A DNA stretch of 64,000 nt from the human T2T-CHM13v2.0 reference genome, Homo sapiens. Of the stretch, positions 14,946 to 32,081 are shown piece after piece (position 1 is the stretch's first letter; every line of letters starts with the position of its first letter). The position numbers and the translations under genes are program-made. The DNA lies in the NCBI RefSeq assembly GCF_009914755.1, contig NC_060928.1; one strand, written 5' to 3'. The notes under the pieces are model-generated. The model saw nothing but the letters and a program-made list of their open reading frames with translations, did not search any database and was not told the origin of the DNA.

Positions 14946-15929
14946 TAAATTTTATTTTAAATGTGATGAGAAGCCATGTTAAAGTCAAGAGCAGGGAACT
15001 GACATGATTAGGCTTACATTTTAGAGGGATCATTCTGTTTGCTGTGTAAGGGAGAGGAACACCAGAGGCAAGAGCAGGGACCCTATCCAAGCAAGACTGT
15101 AACAGTGGCGTGGACTAAAGTGGGTGCCCTGGAGGAGATGAAAAATGGTCAGATCTTACACGTATTTTAGAGGTAGAGCCAACATGATTTGCTGATGGAT
15201 TGGGTGTAGAGGACAAGAGAAAAAAAGAGTCACAAACGTGGAGTCAAAACTCCAAGGTTTTGTCCTAAGCAAATGAGTGAATGAGTCATCACTACAGAAA
15301 CAGAGAACACTGAGGAAGAAGCAAGAATGGAGGAAAAATAGAGTTCTGCTTTAAACATGATGAGTTTGAGATCCTGACATCCAACTTGGGCTATGGCGGG
15401 CAATTCCATATACAAGTATGCATTCGAGGAAAGAGAAACAGGATGGTATTTAAACGTGGGATTCATCATCAGTGTTGATATTTAAGGCCATGGTACAGGC
15501 TGAGTGTCCCTGGAGGAGAGTAGCAGTCTCAGAACTGATCGCTAGGGCCTTCCTTGTTCAGAGTTTGGGAAAGAAGCATGATCCAGCAAATCAGAGCAAG
15601 GAAGGGAACCAGGAGAATATGCAATGACAGAAGCCACCAGAAATTTTTTTCTTTTTTAAAGAGGGATTGATTTGCTCAGCTAAATCTTCTAGGAGTTTGA
15701 ATAATATGAGAATAAATAAATGGTCACTGGATTTGTTAGAAACCTTGAAAAGAATAGGTACAGTGAAGTGTTGGGGATGAGAATTATAGATTTACAAAAG
15801 AGTGGCAGGTAAAGACGTGAGGACAGTGAGTTTAGACAACTCTTTTGGGATTGGCTAGAAAGGGCAGCAGAGAAATGGGATAGGAGCTGGAGACAGATGT
15901 ATGACCAAGAAAGGATTGTTTTTCTCTCT

Positions 15930-16497
15930 TTTTTTTATTTTACTTTAAGTTCTGGGATACATGTACAGAACGTGCAGGTTTGTTACATAGGTATACATGT
16001 GCCATGGTGGTTTGCTGCACCTATCAACCCGTCATTTAAGTTTTAAGCCCCACATGCATCAGGTATTTGTCGTATTGCTCTCCCTCCTCTTGTCCTCCAC
16101 CCCCCTACAGGCCCCGGTGTGTGATGTTCCCCTCCCTGCGTCTATGTGTTCTCATTGTTCAACTCCCACTTATGAGTGAGAACGTGCAGTGTTTGGTTTT
16201 CTGTTTCTGTGTTAGTTTGCTGAGAATGATGGCTTCTAGCTTCATCCATGTCCCTGCAAAGGACATGGAGTCATTCTTTTTTATGGTTGCATAGTATTCC
16301 ATGGTGTATATGTACCACATTTTCTTTATCCAGTCTATCACTGATGGGTATTTGGGTTGGTTCCAAGTCTTTGCTATTGTAAATAGTGCTGCAATAAACA
16401 CACATGTGCATGTGTCTTTATAGTAGAATGATTTATAATCCTTTGGATATATACCCAGTAATGGGATTGCTGGGTCAAATGATATTTCTGGTTCCAG
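15930..16497 (-). mobile_element. L1PA 3' end including ORF2 C-terminal remnant
   Basis: ORF 16159..16401(-) MFIAALFTIAKTWNQPK... is the typical L1 ORF2 C-terminus. Confidence 0.93.
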
Positions 16498-19400
16498 ATT
16501 ATTGTTCTTAAGGTGGATGCTATTACAACATGTTTGGATGCAGATGAGAATTATCCGGGGGAAATTAATGATGCAGAAGAGAAGGGAGATATAATGTAAA
16601 GAAGGATGAGAATTGAATCTATAAGTAAGATATTGGTATCACACTTACCAGAGAAGGGTAGATGAAACACATAGGTTCCAACTCAAGAGGGTTGGCCAAA
16701 TTTAGGTAAAAGAATAAGGACCATCTCTTCTCATTGACTCTCTTTTCTCAGTGAAATAACAATCAAGGTTAACAGCTGAGACTCAGGAGAATTAGAGGAA
16801 TTTTGGTTGGAAAGAGAGAAGGAGGTAGAAATGTAGTCCCAATTGCCGGGCAGTAATGGGAGCCATCTTCAGGTTACAATCATAAATTTAAAGTATCATG
16901 GTTGTGTTTTTTTCCAGCCATTTTCACTTGCTTAGGTAGAAGCTCAGGTTAGGCAGATAATTCGATATAATTTTGGAATTTGGGATGCCAGTAAATAACA
17001 TTGATTTTACCCTCCTGCATTCAGAACCAGTTGAAAGACAGATACAAAAGAGTAACTTTTATGACTATAAAACAGATAGGAGAATGTGGTTTTCAATATT
17101 CAGATGTGGGTTGGAAAATTCTTCACTCCAGACTCATCCTGTTGCTGGCAGGAACTTTCCTTCAGGCAGAACAGGCCAGAATGTACCCTCTCCCCTGGCA
17201 GGAAGATGTGAAGAGAAGAGAGAGGAAGGTCTGAGCCAGGTATGTCACCCCCATCAGATAATGTGTTTCATCCACAGAAGGGAGGTGAGAGTGAGTGTTG
17301 GGGAAAGAGCCTGGAAGATCAGCCTCGCTCAGCCAGAGTGCTCAACTCTGGCTGCTCATTGGAATCACCTGGGATTGTTAAAAGAAACCGATGCCCGGGT
17401 GTACTCCAGAGATTCTGATTTAACTGGTCTGGGCTGCCATCTGGGCGTCTGGACTTTTGAAAGTCCTACCAGGTGACTCTAATGTGAGGCCAAGGTTTTT
17501 CTCTAACAGTAAGCATAGTTGGCCTTTGCTAGAAAAATATAACAGAGGCAGAAAAAGGGAGAGGAGACAAGAATGCTTTTTAAAAGTTATGACATTTATG
17601 CACTATGGAATTTAAAGAGGCAAGTGAGGACATGAGATGACTGATGGGATAGTACAAAACAGTAGGGTCAGTGAATTGTATGGGTGTCCCAGAAAGGTTG
17701 CAGAATTGTTGGATTTGTGCTATAGAAGAAGGAAACTGAAAGAACAAGAGATAAAGACCAGAGAATGCAATGCTTAAATTGAGATTCTTAAATGCTGTCA
17801 AAATGGTACATTCTAAGTTATGACCAACCATGAGAGTAGGTGACTAAGGTGGGGTGTAGAAGAAGATAGTTGGAGAGAAGAAGGTCATGGGCAAGAGACA
17901 CCAGTGTGCTGGAGGAATCATCAATGTGGATGCTGAAATCACAAAGAATGATGACTGGACTCATGCTAGCCATAACAACCTGGGCATCAGAAGAGAGGTA
18001 AGGTGTGCAGGTCCCTAGCTCCCAGGGCCATGAGATTCACAGGGATCCTGGTGAAATGGTTGCCTATTTTAATACTGCTTTCTTTTCCCTTTAACAGATG
18101 GCCAACTCCATATACAGTAGAACTGAGTAAGGGCGAGATAATCCAAAATATTATCTTCAGATATTAAGATAGAGAAAAAGCTTACAACTATTTTTCAGAA
18201 GGGTTTGAATCTGCATTTTCTATTGGTAAAAATGAAAGAAAGGCCAGTGAAATGTTTACAGGCCCTGGGCATAAACCTTAAGAAAGGTCAGCTTTTTCTT
18301 CTCACCTCCTTATCACATTTAGTGGGTGGACAAATATGGAGCATGCTATGTTTGGTCTTCCATTGACTTGAGTCCACCAGTTTGATCTGTACCACTTTCA
18401 CTCTGCTTTTACTATTGATGGATAACTATGCAGGCGTCAATCACTTTTCGTGTGTTTATTCTGCTAATTCCTCATCTCAGGACTTCCCCACCTCCCTTCC
18501 ATATTTCCCTGCCTTTTACCAATCTCCCAATTTGTTATGCAGCAATAATTTCCCTTTACACTGCTCCTGCCAATTGCAGTGCCAGATGGCTTCAGTTCTG
18601 AGCCCCTTCACCCAGCCCCCCCTTGAGAACAGCTGCCATTGTCATTGCTGTGAACACATCACAGCTTTGAACCCATAGCTGGGACCTAAACTTGATGCTC
18701 AGCATCGGGAGGGACTGGCGCTAATGCAAGGAACCATGAAAACAGCACACACTTTTCCTTGCTGCTGTTTAGCAAGAGCCCTTAGAAAAGGCTCTTCAGC
18801 ATTTTTTCAATCATCTGTGTATCGAAATCTCATTGTGGAGTTTAATTCCTTTACCACCTGACTCAGCTTCCTAGCCATGAAGTTCCCTTTGTGCCTTAAA
18901 CACAATTAGAACCCCGTTATTTCCCATCCTGAAAACAGATGTGAAAAAACAACTGCGTGTGTGTCTATGCGTGTGTCTGTGTACATGTGTTTGTGAGCCT
19001 CTCTCTTCAGAAATCCAGCACATTCTCTCATCCATATCCACATATTTTTATGTAAACATGATCACATAACAGGAAAAATACAATTTGGTTGCTATTTGGA
19101 CAATCTTCCCCTAAGCCAGCTCCGAGGAAAAATAAAGGATTAGAATCCCTGTAAGTTTTTGATCTTGAGCTATACTATGTTCATCCCAACACTAAAACTG
19201 TTACTGTGACACTACCTAAAAAGATCATATTTTTGAGTCCTCTGTGATGGCAGGTCAGTCGTGGGCCTAAAAACCCAAACAAAAAGAATCCTGAATCAAA
19301 TTCCATGTAGACCAATATGCATTTCAAAGGCATTGCCCATGTAATCAGTGGGTTAGGGTTTTTGTGTTGTTTTCTTTTTCTTTCTTTTTTAGGGGGTGGG

Positions 19401-21914
19401 GGAGGGAGAGGGGCTCTCTTTCATGGTAATCTAATTGTGCATAACCCAGGCACATTTTGCCATGTAGGGAAACTCTTTAGCATCCCTTCCCTACCACACA
19501 GTTTGGCCCTCTTTCATTTTTCTCCTTCTGATGTCAGAGTGCCCCCCGCCCCCTCCCCGGCATACATTTTGGGAAGATTCCCAGGATGATGATGTATTCT
19601 GCTTTGCTGCTGAGGAATTTACTATCCCCTTACTTGGCAGCAAATGAAAGTGGGTATTAATTTCTCAGAGTGCTGGTAGAAACACGACAGAGCGGCTGCA
19701 AGAATGATACCCACCTAAATCTGTATGTAGTTCACAGCATGCTGCCGTTTCAAAAGGGAAAGAGAAAAGAAAATGAAAAGAAAGAAAAGATTCTCCTGAG
19801 TTGACTTCTCTGCATTTTGCATCGTTAGGTCTTGGAGAGAGATGCGAGAGGTTTGGGCCCTGAACGGAGTTAAATTATGCAGCTGCGGGGATGCCAGGTC
19901 CTCCAGAATAGGATGCTTCGTTTAGATTTTCCACAATGCTATTGAAGTGCTTATTTTCCTCCTGAAGAGACACAAACAGATGCAAACTTCTGTAAACACT
20001 TTAGAAATGAATTCAGTGAGTTTGGCCTCTCAGCAGTGCTCAATAGCTGACAGAAAAATGTCTAATTAGTGCAAGTGGAAATAATAGGGCCACTTGGATT
20101 CCTTCCATCCTCCTCCAAGTCTACTTTTCCAAGGAACTCAAAGGCCCTTTTGTCTGGCAGGTCACCCTCTCTCAGGCTTTTGTGCTCCAATCTATTAAGA
20201 GTAGAAGGGGGAAAAATAGATTAGGCAGTGTTCTCTGCTCAAATATATGGCGTGTTCTTGAGGGATGCAGAATGGGGTGTTTGCAGCATCAGTTTACAGG
20301 TGCTTGGGGAGGGATTCCTCCATTGGCGACAGCCAAAAGCAATTCGCACGTGTGTGCTTAGAAGGCCCCCTTTCAAGACCCAGCTTTCCCTCACCAAGTG
20401 CCACAGAGCCCGCTCATTTTCCTTTTCCTTTCTCAGTTTCCAGTAACATCAATCCTCGGAGTTGGTGAAGAGAAGAAAGAGATTGAAAAAAATGAGAGGT
20501 TTAGCCATTCTCTGGGATAAACCTTGTAGATGTTACATGCATGACCCATTATTTCTGTTTTGCTCTATTGAAACTTCCACTGAAACTCACTTTGGGAGTC
20601 TGTCTGTGCCTGTTTATACCTCGTCATACAAGTGAGTGGGAATGAGTGGCTGACTTCTTTCCATTTTTTTCATGGTGTTCCATGTCATTTATTAAGCACC
20701 CACAATCTACCAAGCTCTGTGCTGAGCATTTGACCCACACTTCCTCTAATCCTGAAACAGCACCACAAATGAATATTATCCACATTTCACAAATGAGGTC
20801 ATTGAGAATAGAGCAGTTAAGTAACTTGCCGTGGCAAATAAGTGCTAGAGCTAGGAAACAAACTGAGATACTCATGGTTTCATCTCAGACATTATATCGC
20901 TTTAATCTGTTAACATTTGACTTAGATCAATTTTTATATCTTCCATGTCTCTACTGCATATACCTAATTTTTACCTTCTTGAACTGTAATCTGGGGGTCA
21001 CTTTCTATTGATTTCTCTTTCTGTGCAATCTGGGCTTCTTTCACACCTGGCAATTTTTGACTGAATGCCAGATTGTAAACTTTACCTTCTTGGATTGTGA
21101 ACATTTTTGTGTGCCTATAAATATTCTTGAGCTTTGTTCTGGGACTCAGTCAAGTTAGGAAATAATTTGATCCTTTTGAAGCTTGCTTCTAAGCTATCAG
21201 AGTTGGCCAAGAACAGTCATAGTCAAAGGCTAATTTAGTCTCCCTACCGAAGCAGTACCTTTCTGAATACTCCACCCCATGCCCTGTAAATGACAAGACT
21301 CTTCTACACTGGGTGATAGAAACGCAAGCTGCTTGAGGCCTAAGAAATGCTTCCTATGTTCATTTCAGGTGGCTTTTTCCCCAGCTTTGGGTGGTTTCTT
21401 TCCATGCAGAAGCTGATCAATATTCTGCTGAAGACTCAAAGGGGACCCTCTGCAGATCTCTGAACTTGCTTTGTGCAGCTATTTTCTTCTGGTACTCTGC
21501 CCTGTGAACTCACTACCTGGGCCTCTCCGGACTCCAAGAAGCTCTGTCTCATAACTCAGGGAGACCATTTCATAAAGGATGCCACTGGACTTACAAAGTG
21601 TCCTTGTAGCTCACTGTGAGGAGTGCCCAACTGTAGTGATCCCCAGCTATCACCAAATCATCATTTGCTCTCATAATACCAACTTTTGCTAGAGAATATC
21701 AAACATGAAAATTAAAAGCCACCTCCCGGGAAGTCTTCTTTCCTTTCTCTCATTTTTAAATATATAACAAGATCACTCTTTTTATTTGGAATTTGTTTTT
21801 ATTTGTCCCTGTTTTTCTTTTCATAGAATTTTCTCATTATAATGAAGGAAGCGGGGCCCCTAAAACCACTGTTTGGACTCAACAGTGACTTCAGCCCCAG
21901 CTTTAAAGACCCAA

Positions 21915-22217
<303 letters not shown>

Positions 22218-22324
22218 AAGACCCAATTTCTTATTCCCAGATTAGGCATTGCTCCACAGAACCTTGCTGAGGCCACAGGGGAAAAGCAGAAGATGAACTG
22301 ATGCTCAAGAGAGTTGTGTTCCTA

Positions 22325-23660
22325 AGTATTGGCAAAGATGTGGAGAAAATGGAACCTGTGCACTCTTGGTGGGCTTGTAAAATGGTGCGAACTCTGTGGA
22401 AAACAGTATGGATGTTCCTCAAAAAATTAAACATAAAACTCTCATGTGATCAAATAATCCCATTTCTAGGTATATATCCAAAAGAAGTAAAGCAGGGTGT
22501 CAAAGAGATATTTGCACACCTATGTCCATGGCAGCACTATTCACAATAAAAAGAGGTGAAGCCACCCAGATGTTCATTGATGGATGGATGAATGAATAAA
22601 CAAAATGTGGTATATACATACAATGGAATATTATTCAACCTTAAAAGGGAAGGAAATCTTGCCACATGCCACAATATGGATGAACCTTGAATATATCATG
22701 CTAAATGAAGTAAAAAGACTAATGCTGTATGATTCCACTAATACGAGGTATCTAAAGTGGTCAACTTCATAGAAGCAGAAAGTAATGTTGGAGCTCAGAA
22801 AAGGATACCCCAAAGTAAGGCATTTTGGCATGCTAAGTAGTTTGAAGTAAAGGAGATTGGAAGACGCCAGAAGCAGCCTCAGAAGCAAGTTCTCTCTGAC
22901 CTTCTCCTGCTTTCCTGTCTCTCACCCCTCTTTCACCACTAAACCAAGTCATAGAAACCACAGAATTCCTCTTCCTCAAGGCAAGTCATAGAAGTTAGAA
23001 TCCCTCTCCACCAAAGCAAGCCATAAAACCTAGAAATATTACTCTAACCTTTCCCTGCCTGTCTGTGTAGAGGCTGGCCATAAAAAAATTCTCTGTCCTA
23101 TCTTGTCTGATAGATTATAAGACCTGTACCTAGAAGGAAGGATACTACACAGACAGGCTGAGAAAAATCTCACCAGATAGGTCTTGCTGAGTCCCATCGC
23201 ACCTAGTCTATTATCATTAGTCATACTCCTTCTGTCCAATCACATTTCTACATGGCTGTCTATTTTTTGTCAAATTTAAGCCTTAAAAATGGGAAGTTTT
23301 TCTGGGTCTTTGGGTCTTCATTTCTAAAGGCTCCCATGTAACGTCAAACTTTGATTAAATAAATTTGTTATGCTTTTCTCTTGCTAACCTGTCTTGTGTT
23401 ATAGGAGTGTCAGCAGTGACCCTTATGATGGAAGAGGAAAGGTGTCACACCTCTTCACCCTTACAGTAGAATGGTGGTTGCCAGGAACTGGGGAGAGTGG
23501 AAAAAGGGGAGTTGTTTTTTAAGGGGTATAAAGTTTTGGGTTTGCAAAGTGAAAAATGTCTGAAGATCTGTTTTGCAACAACATGAACATACTTAACACT
23601 GCCGAAATGCATACTGAAAAAGGTCAAGATGGCAAATTTTATGTTATGCATTTTTTACCA
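22325..23660 (+). mobile_element. Old L1 (L1MB-like) 3' region split by an LTR
   Basis: ORF2-like IGKDVEKMEPVHSWWACKMVRTLWKTVW; L1 sequence resumes after 23465 (gtagaatggtggttgcc). Confidence 0.8.
22786..23465 (+). mobile_element. Solo ERV1 LTR (MER39/MER34-like)
   Basis: TG...CA termini, near-identical 4-bp flanks gtaa/gtag, AATAAA near 23358. Confidence 0.75.
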
Positions 23661-24169
23661 CTATGAAAGAGAGAAACCAGGAACAGTGGCTTATGCCTGT
23701 AATGCCAGCTACTCAGAAACTGAGGTGGGAGGATCACTTGGGCCCAGGAGGTTGAGGCTGCAGTGAGCTATATGATCAGCCACTGCACTCCAGCCTGGGT
23801 GACAGAGTGAGACCCTGTCTCTAAAAATTAATTAAAAATAAGTAAATAAAAATAAAAGAGAGAGAGACTTGAATTTTTGCCTAGCTCTGACTCTTTTGAT
23901 TTTGTAACTTTGGAAAGTCACTGAATCTCACAGCTTCAGCTTCCTTTTCTCGTTTAGATTTTAGAGTTACTATAAAATTTAAATGTCATAGTGTGTGTGA
24001 ACATTTTTTATAGACTAGATGGTCCTATACAAGTGGAAACCATTATTCCCTGTGAGGAAAGAGTGGGGAATCACCTCTGGAGAATAGCCGGCCTCTGAAC
24101 ATTGCTGCCCGAGTAGTTACTGCAGCTTCCCTAAAACTGAAGTGAGACACTAGTAAGAATGGAGAGCAG

Positions 24170-24488
<319 letters not shown>

Positions 24489-24816
24489 TCAAGCATGCAC
24501 TTAAGTGTAACATCAAAAAGAGGGCATTCACAGGCTATCTGAGTACCCCCCAAGGTCCATAGCCATAAGCAGGGTGGCAGGAATAGTGTTGTTCTTTCTA
24601 AGCAAAAGTAGAAGGAAGGCTGTCAGTGGCAGAAACTTCAAGTACTGAAGACAGTAGCTGAAGATACAAAACAAAGGACTATATCTATGTGTCCTTAGCA
24701 CAGGAAGGACTGGCCTTGCTGAGAGACTGGCCTTATTAGACACAGCTGGCCACATATAAAACCATCAGTTTGCTTTTCCATCTTTGATTTACATTTTATG
24801 AATGCCAATGACTGAC

Positions 24817-25135
<319 letters not shown>

Positions 25136-27496
25136 TGAAACTTGCATTTTTCCGATTGATGGTTTATTTGACGAACTCAGTCGAAGTTTTGAGCATGGCA
25201 ATTTTAGTTAGGCTTTTTCTGGTTGGAAGGAACAGAAGCTCAATCAAGTAAACACATAAAAGGGGATGTGTATTATTTTGAAAATACATGTGGCATACTA
25301 AATGAGACATGTAATTCCTAGAATGGCACTCATGAAAACATGGACTTGCCTTCAGAGCCATTCTTGGATCTTCCCTTGTGTTGCCCATAAACATGGCTTG
25401 GCTATACTCTACTTTCTTCCTATCCTTCAACAACAGGCAAATTCTTTCTATATTTTTTAGTTCAGATTGATACGTTGGTTTTTTAAAGCCTGGCCACAGA
25501 ATCATGAGGGGTCAGGTTATCAGGTAGCTACTCTCAATCCAGTGGCCTTGATCTGGTCGTGGGGTGGAGAAAAAAGGGTGTCAAGGCCAAGTAGCAAAAT
25601 ACACAGCTACCTCAAAGACAGGGGCTGTGGGCACAGCAGTTTCCCTAGAAAGGGTTATGGTGTGCCTTAGAAAGGCAGTTATTCATGTCAGGGTCTTTGG
25701 GAGGATCTGATCAATAGTACCTCTCTTCCTCTCCTGGATTCTGAGCAAATGGAGAAATAAGACAAAAGAGGCAAACAAGAGATGAAATATTCCCCTTAAT
25801 TCTAATACAGGGTAAGTTAGAAGATATAGCTTTGTATTAGACGTAGGGAATCTGCTAGTGGAACCCCAAAATTATATAGACGTCCCCATTTAGTCACAGG
25901 AATTACAGGGTCAAGCAGAATACTCCATGTAGGGCGGCTTACTAGACAAGACTTATGATATAGAGAAGTAACGACAAATTGCCGTTTCCTTTAGACAGCT
26001 TGTTCCCAAGAGAAAAAAGGAAGAAGAGAAGTCATACATGCCCACTTTATTCTTCTAAAATTTACCAGTCAGATTAGTCACTCCACCCCTCATGAAGTAG
26101 AGTGGGGAAAGTGATAGAAAGAGGCCGAGGACGCTACGGTCATTGAGCTTCCGTCACATGGAAGGAAACATCGAGAGGAGAGAAGAGATATTCTCCCCAA
26201 CAGTTGGCAATTCTATCACAATGACAGCAATGATAGACTCAGACCAAAAAGATAAATAGAGTAAAAAATTTTATACTTAATAAACACATTGGCAGTTTAA
26301 AAATCTTAACATGTTAAGTAAGCATCAGTTTTAAAAAAGAAAGATTATTGTGCTGGTATTTGGCAGGCATTACCTGATTGATGAAAGCCTGTAAATACAA
26401 ATATCCTGTAACCAATTATGCATATGGTATTTATTAACATAATAGTAAATATCAGATAATTGACTCAAAGGGGACCCTCTGCAGATCTCTGAACTTGCTT
26501 TGTGCAACTCTCTTCTTCTGGTACTCTGCCCTGTTAACTCCCTACCTGGGCCTCTCCAGACTCCCAGCAGCTCCATCCGGTTTCCTAACATAGAGTCAGG
26601 ACAACAAGGGAGCATGTAGGATCTGGATTTGGACCTCCTGTGTTCAAACCCCAGCTCTTAGTCATGTGACCTTGGCATATCACTTCACCTCTCTGCATCT
26701 CAGGTTTCCCATCTTACAGAAGAGAATAATAATAGAACGTGCCTCTTAGGATTGCTAGGAGAACTTATTGAATTAGTGCATATAAATCACCTAGCACTGT
26801 GCCTGGCACCTGGTTTTGCCCAGTAAGTGTTAGTACTTAGGATTATGTGGTGATGAAAGCAGTACTTTGTGTAGCAACATTGTGGTAGGAAAATGGGCAA
26901 TACTTACAATGCTTTCTAGGCTTCATGCATGAATAAACATGCCCAGAAAGCACTCAGCATGATTTAGTTTAGCATAGGAAGATAATAGTATTTGGGTGAT
27001 AAACTCATTTATGCTACTAGCTACGTAACCACTAAATCAAAGGTCTTTAGTATAACACCCTAGCAGAGCAAAAGATGATGATGTTTTTTCATAAAAATTT
27101 GATTATTTATTTCTACTTCTCGCTCTTTATGTTACACTTTCATTTCATGCCGGTTTTCTTCTTTTTCTTATTTTATTCATTAACTAAACATGATGATATA
27201 AATCAAATATGGACTGTTATCTAAAATTCTGTATTTCTTCCTAATTAAAATGTAGGCAATAAATGAAGCAGAGTGTCATGAACTAATGTGGAAGTTCTCC
27301 CAGATGATGATGATTGAAAGAAGAAAACAGCAGAACAATATGTTTAGTGTGACGTCATTTACGTATGAGAGAGAAAGAGATAGGAAGGGTAGGAGAAGGC
27401 AAAGCAAGACAACGATCAATTAATGTCTAAATATAAATAAAAGGATAGGCGTTCTGGAAGGAACGTCTCTCCCTAACCATTGTCAAGGAGAATTGA

Positions 27497-27889
<393 letters not shown>

Positions 27890-28043
27890 TAGTATTGTTT
27901 GAGTTTTTAACAACGGGAAGTATGCATTTATCGCTTCTATAATTTTATAAATGTAATGGGGGAAATTGAATGAAGGAAATACTATTTTATTGCACAATTG
28001 AACTGGACTTTTCTATTTTCTTTCTTTCGGTTCAGCTGCCTAA

Positions 28044-28583
<540 letters not shown>

Positions 28584-29757
28584 TAGAGAAAATTGTGAAA
28601 GGGTGTGGAAAATACTAATTGGAGCTTTTGTCTTCTAACAAATCTGTCCTGCTGCTTTCAAACAGGGGTATCTGAATTGCTATACTTCTGACCAAGAGTC
28701 TTTAAAAAGCAGATTAGAATTCTACTATTTTCTCTTCGCTCTCCTGTCTCCTTTCTGTAGGACCACTTGACTAAGCTGACAATAGAGCTGACAAACCCAC
28801 TGAAGTAATTTGAGGGTTTTTTTTCATCATTCAGAACACCGGTACAGTACCTGATTAGGTCTTAAAGTATCTTTTTTTTTCCTGTCACTTTGAATGAAAT
28901 GAAAAAGGAGGCTGACATTCTAACTTAAGATGTGGTGTGGAAGAGGGCTGGGGGGAGGGGGGCCTGCTATGCGTTACTGCAAAGTCCACTTCCATAGAAT
29001 TCTTGAATTATTTAAATTGCTGATAGCCATTAGATTTAGAAACGTGTAGCCTGTTATTCCTGTTTCCAAGACTGAAAAAGTAAAGGATGAAAAGAGAAGG
29101 CAAGTTACCCCTCCCAGAAATGGGACTGGTTCATTTTCTGATTGGTTTTAGCTGTTGCTATTATTTTAATAACTCTGGTCTTTAAGAGGTTAAAATCTCT
29201 TTACTTCATTTCCTTTGAAAAGGAACTGTACTAACTATGCTAAATAGGACAATTGCTGAATGCAGAGAGGGACAGAGACAAAAGGACATGGGAGAAATGG
29301 GCTAGTGGAGGTTACCTTTTCAAAAGCCCAAGTTCATTTACGCTCAAGTTCTTGCAACTGTGCATAAATTGTGCAGGTCTTGTTATTTACTTATCTCAAG
29401 TAAAGTTCAGGGACAGAGCTGAACTTAGGAAAAATTTCTTCTTTAAAATGTTCCTGATGTAATTTATAATGTGTGGGATATGAAAGAAACCTAACAACTG
29501 TTGTTCCTTCTGATGGTGTCAGATGGCAATGATGTTTGAGCAGCGCATTCTCTGAGGGGAACAGAGTGGTGAAGGCTGGAGGGTACAGACAGGGTTCTAA
29601 TATTGGTTCTCATCAAGAAGAGCTTGGAACAGAGTTAATGTAGCATATTTTGTGCCATACAGCATTGCTATAGTGTGACATGGAAATTGAGATCAAATGG
29701 TAAACAGGGACGTTGACAGCTTTGCTTTTACATGTCCAAACTGGTCTTTCAGGTTTC

Positions 29758-30063
29758 CATTTTTGTTTTTGTTTTGTTTTTGAGACAGTCTCGCTCTGTT
29801 GCCCAAACTGGAGCCCAGTGGCCTGATCACAACCCACTGCAGCCTCGACTTCTGGGGCTCAGGTGATGTTCCCCCCTCAGCCTCCTAAGTAGCTGAGACT
29901 TTAGGCATGCGCCACCACACCCAGCTAATTTTTGTATTTTTTGTAAAGACTGGGTTTTGCCATGTTGCCCAGGCTGGTGTCAAACTCCTGACCTCAGGTG
30001 ATCCACCCACCTCGGCCTCCCAGAATGCTGGGATTACAGGTGCAAGCTGCCATGCCTGACCCG
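29758..30063 (-). mobile_element. Alu
   Basis: Antisense Alu, flanks ggtttcc. Confidence 0.92.
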
Positions 30064-30630
30064 GTTTCCTTTTTTTAAATTGGTTTTGGGAGGGTTTTTT
30101 AAATTATTTCTCTCAAGATTCTAACCAGGTGGTATAGCAGTTTTCTCCTGATAATGAGAAAGCTTTGGGATGATCATGATGAATAGGATGCTCCTCTGCT
30201 CACATTATCCTGTGTCTAACATAAAGGTCCTGGATCTTTTTCCCTAATGGTTGGGATTGTCTTTTCCTCAAAGACACTATTAAAAGTGCCACAGAAAGAC
30301 AAATATAACCTCAGAGTTAAGTCTTCTTGTGTAAACGTCTACCCCAAAACATCTGGAGCCTCCACCTACACTGGGTGTCTCAGAGAGAGAGAAGGACTGG
30401 GACTGAGAGCAGGGATGGCTTAGGGGTAACAGAAGAAGATTTGCTGAAAGGAGGCTCTCAGGCCCAGCACTTAGGAATCGTGGGGTGGAGAAGTGAAAGA
30501 GATTATATAATATTGTAAGAGGTAAGGAAGAAAAACAAAGGTAATATGAGAGGACAGCAGTCTTGCTATTATCCATCTGATCCAGCGCTTCCTGGTATCC
30601 ACCACAGGATCCCATCCAGCCAAACACTCA

Positions 30631-30965
<335 letters not shown>

Positions 30966-31689
30966 AGAGACGACTCACAAGGCCTGCTCACCTCACTCTT
31001 GCCTGAAATTGGGAGACAAAACCTTTCAAACCACAGTTACAGATAAAGGCTCAGATTTCCAATTCCATCAACATGGAGGACTGAGCACGTGCAGAATCTT
31101 CTCCCATTACACATACATAAATATGGTGAATTAAAGATTTGTAGGTACCTGAAACATAAAAGGTATTTAAAATCACAGCAATAGACTACTGCTTACGACA
31201 CATAGCCAAAGGAACTTACACTTGAGCAAAGTCCTCAAGGGAAGGGGCTGTCATTTTAATCCCTGGGCAGAGATGAGAGACAATTGCCTTGTGCCCATGT
31301 GAGAAGTAAAATATTTGCATCAAGCTGGAATTCTTAAAGGTTTGCACAGGCTACAAAAGGAGACTGAACAATCCCACCAGCCTGCCCAGAGAAGTTACAA
31401 GGACGCTTGCTCTCCGCCCAAGCTCTGGGATGGAGGGGAAAAAAACTCTCATCTAAAATAAAGGTCTCAACTCTGTGCCGAATTTGAGTGTGGAGTCTGA
31501 ATTTACTCTGCCCACAAAGCAGGAAACCTGCCATCAAATAATTAAGAAAAAAAAATTGTTCAGGACTGAAATTTCTGGGCCCCAGGAGATCAAATGCAAA
31601 ACTATACTCTAGAGAAGTATCCACACCCAGGGCCATGGGAATCTCACAGGAAAATATTCTTGGCTAAAGATGACCTTACATTAAAATTA

Positions 31690-32081
<392 letters not shown>

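Noticed and set aside
16159-16401. Reverse-transcriptase-element-like peptide
   Set aside because: Truncated L1 ORF2 C-terminal remnant in a 5'-truncated dead copy
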